DNA of 64,000 bases from a virus. Each line of letters starts with the position of its first letter. Position 1 is the first letter of the stretch. Shown in pieces: positions 26,141 to 33,788 of the stretch. The DNA lies in the IMG/VR virus record IMGVR_UViG_3300042309_002885, positions 1 to 64,000 of that record. The stretch is one strand, 5' to 3'. The position numbers were made by a program, and so were the translations under genes. Below the pieces are notes generated by a model. The model was given only the letters and a program-made list of their open reading frames with translations. It was not told the DNA's origin and did not search any database.

Positions 26141-26603
26141 AGCTTATATAATTGGAGAAGATTTCGGTCCAGATTGGTTAGTATATTATGAGACTGAGAT
26201 TGCTGTTCCAAGCCGTGGTGGTGGTATATATACAGTAGATGGTAGCGGTCATGTAATAAATTATAGAGATGATGGTTTTAGGCCTTATCCTTATTGTCTG
26301 GATAATATGTTCAAGAGAAAGTATCCAGATAAAATAAGAGCTAGAAATGGTTATGGAATGAAGGTTGATTGTTATAGATTAGATGATGGTATATTTTTCG
26401 ATAATAATAATGAAGAGTTTAATGACTATACCGTCTATATACCAGAGACGCATCCTCTCTTTAATTTATCGTTCTTCGATCTTCCACACACAATTGATAA
26501 CTTAGTACCTGATTATACAACAGCTAAGATAGCCGGTGAGTTGTGGCATAGTGTATCTGATCCTATTACGAATAAGATAGGTGACGCAGTACAACCTTCT
26601 TAA
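26130..26603 (+). CDS. MRY...PExHPLFN paralog family member 17
   Basis: MRYKAY...IPETHPLFN. Confidence 0.8.
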   Translation: MRYKAYIIGEDFGPDWLVYYETEIAVPSRGGGIYTVDGSGHVINYRDDGFRPYPYCLDNMFKRKYPDKIRARNGYGMKVDCYRLDDGIFFDNNNEEFNDYTVYIPETHPLFNLSFFDLPHTIDNLVPDYTTAKIAGELWHSVSDPITNKIGDAVQPS

Positions 26604-26612
26604 TCTAAGACT

Positions 26613-27278
26613 ATGATTAACACTCTTGTAATATCTGATATTCACTTAGGATCATCGGTATGTGATAGAGATAAGGTTCTTCAGATATTATCAACTCCCT
26701 TTAAGACTCTAATTATAAACGGAGATCTCTTTGACAATCACTCATTTAAGAGATACAATAAGAAGGATTGGAAGATCTTATCTAAGATACGTAAGCTATC
26801 AAAGACACACAGTGTGATATTAGTTAAGGGTAATCACGATGGATGTGCTGATTTCTTAGCAGCTATCACTGGTATGGAGTTCGTATCAGAGTATTCTTTT
26901 ACTATCGATAATATGAAGTATCACTGCGAGCACGGTGACGCTTACGATCACTGGATCAAATATAAACCAATCTCCACATTTATCTTTACAGGCATCTATT
27001 ACTGGATACAGAAATTCGATAAGAGACATATTATTACACGGAGGTTAAAAGCATGGTCTAAGTCATGGGTAAAGGCTAAAGATCTAGTATCTCGAAGATT
27101 CCTAGACAAGAGAGGCGGTTCGTACGATGTGCTCATAGCTGGACACACCCACTACCCAGAGACTATTTATTCACGAGCGGCATGCTGCTATTATGTGAAT
27201 ACCGGATCGTTCTGCGATGAGCGGTGCTCTTATGTAGTAATAAGTGATGATGGCTCTTTTGATTTGAAATATATCTGA
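26613..27278 (+). CDS. Calcineurin-like metallophosphoesterase (LpxH/UDP-2,3-diacylglucosamine hydrolase-like)
   Basis: SDIHLG, NGDLFD, GNHD, EHGD, GHTH motifs. Confidence 0.85.
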   Translation: MINTLVISDIHLGSSVCDRDKVLQILSTPFKTLIINGDLFDNHSFKRYNKKDWKILSKIRKLSKTHSVILVKGNHDGCADFLAAITGMEFVSEYSFTIDNMKYHCEHGDAYDHWIKYKPISTFIFTGIYYWIQKFDKRHIITRRLKAWSKSWVKAKDLVSRRFLDKRGGSYDVLIAGHTHYPETIYSRAACCYYVNTGSFCDERCSYVVISDDGSFDLKYI

Positions 27279-27291
27279 CTAAATATAGAAA

Positions 27292-27666
27292 GTGAGATAT
27301 AAATTATATTCATATCATCAGTCTGCTCCTAGGAGCAGACTTTATCCGAATTCAGGTTCGGTTAAGAGTAAAGATGAAATAGACGGCTTTGGTATAGAGG
27401 ATGATATATTTGTAAACACAATAGTATATGAAGGTAAAGTTGTTCCTGATACGCTTCGTATTAGTATGCCCGAGAATCATCCTTTGTTTAATATAAATAT
27501 AGCTTATACAATACCTAAACATACAAGAGGTGAAGTTAATGTTCAATTTCAACAATTTCAAAAAGATGTGAGTCATATGATAACGCCGTTCACTAATATG
27601 CTAGACAAAGTAATAAAAGACAAACAACATCATATTAGAGCATTAGATATAACAAATGAGATATAA
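27292..27666 (+). CDS. MRY...PExHPLFN paralog family member 18
   Basis: MRYKLY...MPENHPLFN; GACTAAATA at 27277. Confidence 0.8.
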   Translation: MRYKLYSYHQSAPRSRLYPNSGSVKSKDEIDGFGIEDDIFVNTIVYEGKVVPDTLRISMPENHPLFNINIAYTIPKHTRGEVNVQFQQFQKDVSHMITPFTNMLDKVIKDKQHHIRALDITNEI

Positions 27667-28015
27667 ATTATATTCTGGTTTTTTAAGACATACGGATGCT
27701 GGGCCTAAACTCTTTGCGTATATTAATAATATTAAGAAAAAGCGCAATGTATCAGGTATACACGTTATAGATGGAGTATTTGCTATTAGTGATATGTCTC
27801 GAGGAGGGAGAATAGTGCCTACTGATCTTAAAGTTTATGTACCTGAAAGTCATCCCTTATTTAATTTTAATCTTACCTTTGAAGTATACCGCACAAGCAA
27901 AGTACCTGCTCCTGATTTTAGAAAATATGAGATAAAAATACGTCAAGTTGTAGATCCGCTTTTCAATAAACTTTTAGAAATAACAAAAAACGGTACCGAG
28001 CGTATAGGTCGTTAA
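27656..28015 (+). CDS. MRY...PExHPLFN paralog family member 19
   Basis: MRYKLY...VPESHPLFN. Confidence 0.8.
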   Translation: MRYKLYSGFLRHTDAGPKLFAYINNIKKKRNVSGIHVIDGVFAISDMSRGGRIVPTDLKVYVPESHPLFNFNLTFEVYRTSKVPAPDFRKYEIKIRQVVDPLFNKLLEITKNGTERIGR

Positions 28016-28030
28016 GACTAAATATAGAAA

Positions 28031-28393
28031 GTGAGATATTCGGTGTATGTATATTATCCAATGATGAGTAGCGGCAGGAGTCTTTATGTAAAGAATCCAA
28101 CTAATAATATGCGGAATGAAGAAAAAATAACAGGTATACGTACATCGGAGGGTATATATTTTAACTCATCGACATATGGTGGAAAGGTTCAAGCGGATTC
28201 CTACTATGTTTATATTCCTGAAAATCACCCGCTGTTTAATTACGATTTAGCCTTTCGAGCACAAACAGATACCAAGCCAAGATATACACCTGAATCACGG
28301 GCGTTTCAAAAAGTTATGGAGCGGTCAGTGGAGTCGCTTCTCGATGAGATAGATAAAGAGATAGAACAAAGGCGTAATAAGCCTAAAGCCTGA
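28031..28393 (+). CDS. MRY...PExHPLFN paralog family member 20
   Basis: MRYSVY...IPENHPLFN; GACTAAATA at 28016. Confidence 0.8.
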   Translation: MRYSVYVYYPMMSSGRSLYVKNPTNNMRNEEKITGIRTSEGIYFNSSTYGGKVQADSYYVYIPENHPLFNYDLAFRAQTDTKPRYTPESRAFQKVMERSVESLLDEIDKEIEQRRNKPKA

Positions 28394-28408
28394 GACTAAA
28401 TATAGAAA

Positions 28409-29176
28409 GTGAGAGATTATAATCTTAGAAAGATTTATGAAGGTACTACAGGTGATGAAAAGACCTATGTAGGTAATCTCACTATTGGTAAATATAAGCT
28501 TGTTAAGGATAAAGAGATTAAAGAATGTGATTACGAAAGTAATAAAAATAATAAGAAAATCATATCATCTGCTACAAAAAATAATATAGAGAAACTTAAA
28601 GAGGCTTTTAAATCTGATATAACAATTGATAAAATTTATAGAGCTGTAATTGCTACAACAAGATCAGTCTACTCAACATATATATCTGGTACTCTGAAAG
28701 GTGAGTCATTTATATGGGCTAGAATAGAAACGAATAGCGCTGGTGCTGGACAAACAAAACTATACTTTGAGGATGGATTTACAAATGCTGTTAAATTTAT
28801 AAGTTATGTATTTACACCTACAACATTAGAAAAGACATCTGAAGGTACATACCGGATACACAACCGGGTTGAAAGAATTATTACTTATTCTACTGAATAT
28901 GAGGAAGAGCAGATTGGTCCTAAACGCTTTGATATAGTTAATTATGGTCCATCAGGAGACTATCATAGGATATCTTTACCGGCTCGTTTATCTTATGCAC
29001 CTACCTCATATAATGCTCAATTTTACGAGAACGGCTGGATACGGTTTACAATATATAGCTATTTGGGAATGCATATGACTATTTCGTTTCCAGATCCTGA
29101 TTGGGGATATATAGCTAAGGACGATGGCTCAGATTATAGTTTTGATAAAATGTTTAGAGAGGATTTAAGTAAATGA
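28409..29176 (+). CDS. Late hypothetical protein, candidate internal head protein
   Basis: Same GACTAAATATAGAAAGTGAGA leader as members 18 and 20 but no HPLFN motif; N-terminus MRDYNLRKIYE. Confidence 0.7.
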   Translation: MRDYNLRKIYEGTTGDEKTYVGNLTIGKYKLVKDKEIKECDYESNKNNKKIISSATKNNIEKLKEAFKSDITIDKIYRAVIATTRSVYSTYISGTLKGESFIWARIETNSAGAGQTKLYFEDGFTNAVKFISYVFTPTTLEKTSEGTYRIHNRVERIITYSTEYEEEQIGPKRFDIVNYGPSGDYHRISLPARLSYAPTSYNAQFYENGWIRFTIYSYLGMHMTISFPDPDWGYIAKDDGSDYSFDKMFREDLSK

Positions 29177-29574
29177 GATACAAAATATACGGTCATGATA
29201 TATTTGCTTATGAGCCACCTTTTGTTAGATCTTTAGATATAACAGATGAGATGGATGAGTATGATATTATCAATTATATAAATAAGTTTTGGAAAGTACG
29301 TCATTACTACGATACAGCAAAAGGTGAGGGAAAAAAACCTAAGCTTATTGTTGGTGGTGATAAGGATGGCTGTTTAACTCTCTTCTTAAAAACTGATGCA
29401 TCTTTAAAAAGGTTAGGAATATTATTACCTGAGACGCACCCTCTCTTCAACCACTACACTCTATGGAGTGCAAGATTTAAATTTGACGTGTCAAGACGAC
29501 GTAATTTATTTACTGATTCTCCGATAAAATATTTTACTGATCAAATACAACAATTCATATATGATAACATTTAA
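29173..29574 (+). CDS. MRY...PExHPLFN paralog family member 21
   Basis: MRYKIY...LPETHPLFN; ATGA overlap. Confidence 0.8.
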   Translation: MRYKIYGHDIFAYEPPFVRSLDITDEMDEYDIINYINKFWKVRHYYDTAKGEGKKPKLIVGGDKDGCLTLFLKTDASLKRLGILLPETHPLFNHYTLWSARFKFDVSRRRNLFTDSPIKYFTDQIQQFIYDNI

Positions 29575-30049
29575 GCAATATACACTATTAAAGGAGAGTC
29601 TTATAACTATGGCTCAAGGTAAGTTTATACCCGCAAAAGATCTGCTGTTAAATAACAATTTAAATGAACTTCCTGAAATTAAGCCTTATGGTTTTTGGAC
29701 GGATAGATCAGGTAATTTTAAAGAAGTTTACATGACAGGACCAAAAAACAATGGTGGACATGGTGGTGTAGCAAGAGAGATTATCGAGGCAGCTATAAAC
29801 TATAAAGATGATCACGGAGGAATGACTCCTGAAGAAGAGGATAAACTTGTAAGTGCACTAGCTCCTGGAAAATTCGGAGGAGTTTATAATGTGCTACTTA
29901 GCTCAGGCTTTATGCATGTAGTATTGGCTGGTAATACATATTACTATAAAACAAATTCAGGTGCTCCCACGCCAGGTCAAAAGAAGTTCCTAAACACTCT
30001 AACTGAACAATACGCAACGCCAATCGAATACGCTTCAGAGATATTTTAA
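29561..30049 (+). CDS. Candidate internal head protein
   Basis: N-terminus MITFKQYTLLKE resembles the T4 capsid-targeting sequence. Confidence 0.6.
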   Translation: MITFKQYTLLKESLITMAQGKFIPAKDLLLNNNLNELPEIKPYGFWTDRSGNFKEVYMTGPKNNGGHGGVAREIIEAAINYKDDHGGMTPEEEDKLVSALAPGKFGGVYNVLLSSGFMHVVLAGNTYYYKTNSGAPTPGQKKFLNTLTEQYATPIEYASEIF

Positions 30050-30050
30050 A

Positions 30051-30131
30051 GTCCCTCCGCTCTTTAGCGGGGACTACCTTAGGACAAACTAAACGTGCTA
30101 GTGAGAGTCGTGCCTCCTAGCACGTTTTTTT
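30051..30131. terminator. Two hairpins between convergent genes
   Basis: GTCCC(T)CCGCT-CTTT-AGCGGGGAC; AAACGTGCTAG...CTAGCACGTTT plus T run. Confidence 0.7.
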
Positions 30132-30315
30132 ATTCAGTCTTAAGTTTAGCTTCTTCTAACTCCGCTTTAGTAACATGTAACTTACACTTACCGTATTGAA
30201 AGAATACTTTATCTCCTTCTTTACGTGTAATAGTAATATAGTCCTCTCCAAGCCCGCAATTTAAATTTGCTAGCTCCGCCCTAAATTCTGCTTTAATATA
30301 AACCTTCTCGTTCAT
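30130..30315 (-). CDS. Small hypothetical protein
   Basis: Probable start MNEKVYIK at 30315. Confidence 0.5.
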   Translation of the reverse strand: MNEKVYIKAEFRAELANLNCGLGEDYITITRKEGDKVFFQYGKCKLHVTKAELEEAKLKTE

Positions 30316-30397
30316 TGTCGTGGTATTATATATACTATTTAACCACTTTGCACTATTATAATATTGATTTTTCTTAAAAAAATAATAATATTTTTTT

Positions 30398-30520
30398 ATG
30401 AAGATTCCTAAAACAGTAGTTAAGGCTATTAAAAGACCCGGCATTCACGCTAAATCTAAGACCTCACATCTCAAGCAATCAAAGAACTATAAAAAGCGCT
30501 ACAGAGGTCAAGGCAAGTAA
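30398..30520 (+). CDS. Small highly basic peptide (40 aa)
   Basis: Below track threshold; MKIPK...KRPGIHAKSKTS...KNYKKRYRGQGK; ends 1 nt before thyX. Confidence 0.6.
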   Translation: MKIPKTVVKAIKRPGIHAKSKTSHLKQSKNYKKRYRGQGK

Positions 30521-30521
30521 T

Positions 30522-31172
30522 ATGACAGTAAAGTTTATCGATAAGATGGGCTCAGACCTATCTGTAGTTAACGCTGCAAGAGTTTCTTTCGATAAGGTAT
30601 CTGAGCTTAATACAGATGGATCTCTTAAATCGAGTGATGAAAGACTTATTGCATTTCTAGCTAGAGAGAATCACTGGACTCCTTTTGGGCATGCGTCACT
30701 ATCATTTCATATTAAAGCTCCTATATTTGTAGCAAGACAGCTAGTTAAGCATACGGTTGGGCTTGTCTGGAACGAAGTAAGTAGGAGATATGTAGATTCA
30801 ACTCCTGAATTCTACGTTCCTAATAAGTGGCGTAGACGTAATGAGGATAAGAAGCAAGGATCTCATGAAGATCAGTTTGTTGATCTTAGTTATTCGGAAG
30901 AGCTTACTATTAATGGTATTATGGATAATGCTCTTAATATGTATCAAGGCTTGCTTGATATTGGTGTTTGCGCTGAACAAGCTAGAATGATTCTTCCGCA
31001 AAATACTATGACAGAGTGGTATTGGTCTGGTTCACTTCACGCTTTTGCTAGAGTGTGTAATCTTAGATGTAAGAAAGATACTCAGAAAGAAACGCGCAAC
31101 ATAGCGGATCAAATTGACAATATAGCGCGTGAACATTTCCCTGTTAGTTGGAAGTATCTTAGATCTCATTAA
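30522..31172 (+). CDS. thyX: Flavin-dependent thymidylate synthase
   Basis: HWTPF, FVARQLVKH, NEVSRRY, EQARMILPQ motifs. Confidence 0.95.
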   Translation: MTVKFIDKMGSDLSVVNAARVSFDKVSELNTDGSLKSSDERLIAFLARENHWTPFGHASLSFHIKAPIFVARQLVKHTVGLVWNEVSRRYVDSTPEFYVPNKWRRRNEDKKQGSHEDQFVDLSYSEELTINGIMDNALNMYQGLLDIGVCAEQARMILPQNTMTEWYWSGSLHAFARVCNLRCKKDTQKETRNIADQIDNIAREHFPVSWKYLRSH

Positions 31173-31226
31173 GTTATTTAATATTTTTTATATTTAAAAA
31201 AAAGTTTTATTCAATAAATAAAAGAT

Positions 31227-31433
31227 ATGAAAAGGTTATCTGAAGAGCAGGTTGTTTTATGCGGTAAAGGAAGATGCAAGTGCCCGGTAGTTACAAAGCT
31301 CGAAAATGGTACATATGAAGTGCTTGATGATTATGGTAATAAGATTATTGTGACAAAGCAAGAATTGGAAATGATGTCTGACGCGGTAACAGCCTTAGAC
31401 AAGCCAATTAACGAGCAACTTTTATGTGGATAA
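31227..31433 (+). CDS. Small Cys-containing hypothetical protein
   Basis: LCGKGRCKCPVV. Confidence 0.6.
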   Translation: MKRLSEEQVVLCGKGRCKCPVVTKLENGTYEVLDDYGNKIIVTKQELEMMSDAVTALDKPINEQLLCG

Positions 31434-31462
31434 ATAAGCATTTGTAATATAATATACGTATT

Positions 31463-31771
31463 ATGATAGAATTAATACTGTATACTGGATCCTGTATTGG
31501 TTTGTGCTTTATATTAAAATATGGATCAATACTATCGTTTTTTAGGAACAAATTAACGAAATACAAATACTTTAAAGAGCTCTTTTCTTGCTCACTATGC
31601 CTAGGGTTCTGGTCAGGGTTAATAATTGGCTGGCAGAGTCCTTTTAATACTATTATATTTACTACATACGGTGCAGCAGTCTGCTGGTACGCGGATTATA
31701 TTTTGGATATAATTATAAATAAAGGACAGGCGAAAGAGAAGGATCAAGTAATAAGCTTTAATCGACGATAG
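31463..31771 (+). CDS. DUF1360-like membrane protein
   Basis: TM segments and ELFSCSLCLGFWSG (CxxC). Confidence 0.6.
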   Translation: MIELILYTGSCIGLCFILKYGSILSFFRNKLTKYKYFKELFSCSLCLGFWSGLIIGWQSPFNTIIFTTYGAAVCWYADYILDIIINKGQAKEKDQVISFNRR

Positions 31772-31772
31772 T

Positions 31773-32087
31773 TTATTTATAGTTGCGGATAAATGATAAT
31801 ATATCGTGTATCTCCTTGTTAACTACCATATCATTTTTCTCTATTAGCTTATTTATATAAGCTAATAGAGCTTTTTTTTCTATACTTCCATTCTCCTCTT
31901 CCTCATTACACTCTACCGGAACACCTATAGAGGAAGCGCCGCTCGAACCAGGTGTATTGCCTGGTAATTGGCCGCGATGGTAGGTATGATTATCATCTGT
32001 TGTTTTATAATTCTGTTGTGGGAATTCTACCGATTGAGCACTTCTGTAATCCTCATATAAAGACTGCAACTCACGAAAACTATTCAT
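31773..32087 (-). CDS. Late hypothetical protein, candidate internal head protein
   Basis: CTAAATA upstream; N-terminus MNSFRELQSLYE. Confidence 0.6.
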   Translation of the reverse strand: MNSFRELQSLYEDYRSAQSVEFPQQNYKTTDDNHTYHRGQLPGNTPGSSGASSIGVPVECNEEEENGSIEKKALLAYINKLIEKNDMVVNKEIHDILSFIRNYK

Positions 32088-32138
32088 CGTGTATATTTAG
32101 TTGAAAATTTGAAAAATACCGCTATAATATTACAAATA

Positions 32139-32492
32139 ATGTCGAGGTCTCTTACATGTAAAATATCTGGTAAGTCATATACATTTTCGCAAGAGTATTA
32201 CGCGAAAAAAATAGATGAGTACGGCGGTCAAGATAATATAATAAACTTTTTTGTAACAAAAAAAGTTAAATCGCTTATTAAGCGAGGATATGATCCGCAA
32301 GAGATACGTAACATATTGCACGTAGATGATGTTGATCTTGTTGATGTATTATCCCCTGAAATTAAAGGCGTAATAAATTTTCATTCTGGTGATAAAATTG
32401 ATATTAAAAAAGCAGCTTCTATAAGTAGTGTGGCATATAAAACTGATATAGACGTAGCTGCGTTTATAAATAATATTAGAAATGAACAATAA
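32139..32492 (+). CDS. Hypothetical protein
   Basis: TTGAAA-16-TATAAT promoter, ATG at 32139. Confidence 0.65.
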   Translation: MSRSLTCKISGKSYTFSQEYYAKKIDEYGGQDNIINFFVTKKVKSLIKRGYDPQEIRNILHVDDVDLVDVLSPEIKGVINFHSGDKIDIKKAASISSVAYKTDIDVAAFINNIRNEQ

Positions 32493-32715
32493 AGTAAACT
32501 TTATCGCGCAACAGAGCGGTCCGAGAACGGTGAAAGTATTTAACACAGCAACAGGACAGCTTTATAAGATTATTGATGTAGGTGGTATAATTGCTACACC
32601 TCCAGTCTGCACGCCTACAGAACTATCTGTAGGTGTTTATATTAGTGATAAAAAACAAGCGCTTAAGATATATACTGTACCTGGATTTAGCTTGAAAAAG
32701 ACAGTATCCATATGA
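32482..32715 (+). CDS. Hypothetical protein
   Basis: Overlaps the previous stop. Confidence 0.6.
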   Translation: MNNKVNFIAQQSGPRTVKVFNTATGQLYKIIDVGGIIATPPVCTPTELSVGVYISDKKQALKIYTVPGFSLKKTVSI

Positions 32716-32800
32716 CTTTCTTTATCGTTTAGAAAGGTAGAAATAATATCCTATTTAATTAGATTAATAGGAAAGTTATACTATAAATACCATTAATATT

Positions 32801-33784
32801 ATGAGCGTTGTATGTATTTTCGATGAGCAGATTAGCCGTAAGCCTAACCAGTACCCGTGGACAGAGAAGTTCATAGAAGCAATGCATAACGGGTTTTGGA
32901 CTGATAAAGAATTCAGCTTTAAATCTGATATACAACAATTTAAAGTTGAGCTTACAGATCAGGAGCGTGAAATTATCGTACGTACACTCTCCGCGATTGG
33001 CCAGATCGAAGTTGCTGTAAAAACATTTTGGGCTAAGCTTGGTGAAAATTTACCTCATCCATCTCTACAAGATCTTGGCTATGTTATGGCTAACGTAGAA
33101 GTTATTCATAATAGTGCTTATGAAAGATTGTTAAGTGTTTTGGATTTAGAAGATATTTTCGAAGAGAACTTAAAGCTCGAGTGGATTCAAGGTAGAGTAA
33201 AATATTTACGTAAGTATACTCATAAGTTCTATAAAGATTCGAAGAAGCAATATCTTTATGCATTAATATTGTTTACTCTCTTTGTTGAGAACGTTTCCCT
33301 GTTTTCGCAATTCTACGTTATTAACTGGTTCGCTAGATTTAAGAACGTACTTAAAGATACAGACCAACAGGTAAAATATACACGCAATGAAGAGAATATT
33401 CACGCTCTAGTAGGTATCCAAATTATTAACACTATTCGTGAAGAGCTTCCTGAATTGTTTGATGATGAGCTTGAAGAACGTATAGCACACGAGGCGGAGG
33501 AGGCTTATAAATCAGAAGCTAAGATTGTTGATTGGATGGTTAACGGTATCAATGAACCGGGTCTTTCTGCGCCTATCCTTAAAGAGTTTATTAAGAATAG
33601 AATTAACGAATCACTTCAACAAATTAAATTCAAGCCAGTTTTCGAAGTAGATAAAGAGGTATTAGAGTCTACCATATGGTTCGAGGAAGAGCTACTCGGT
33701 AATAATATGGCAGATTTCTTCCATACAAGACCAACTGAGTACGCTAAGAAGAATCAATCATTTGACGAAGACGATCTTTTTTAA
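32801..33784 (+). CDS. nrdB: Ribonucleotide reductase class I beta subunit
   Basis: FWT.KEF, EVIH...Y, LFVENVSLFSQF, EENIH, DFF motifs. Confidence 0.95.
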   Translation: MSVVCIFDEQISRKPNQYPWTEKFIEAMHNGFWTDKEFSFKSDIQQFKVELTDQEREIIVRTLSAIGQIEVAVKTFWAKLGENLPHPSLQDLGYVMANVEVIHNSAYERLLSVLDLEDIFEENLKLEWIQGRVKYLRKYTHKFYKDSKKQYLYALILFTLFVENVSLFSQFYVINWFARFKNVLKDTDQQVKYTRNEENIHALVGIQIINTIREELPELFDDELEERIAHEAEEAYKSEAKIVDWMVNGINEPGLSAPILKEFIKNRINESLQQIKFKPVFEVDKEVLESTIWFEEELLGNNMADFFHTRPTEYAKKNQSFDEDDLF

Positions 33785-33788
33785 TTTT

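Noticed and set aside
8307-29574. Integron or site-specific recombinase system driving the cassettes
   Set aside because: No integrase/recombinase gene and no attC-like imperfect palindromes between cassettes in this window; only promoter microhomology is supported.
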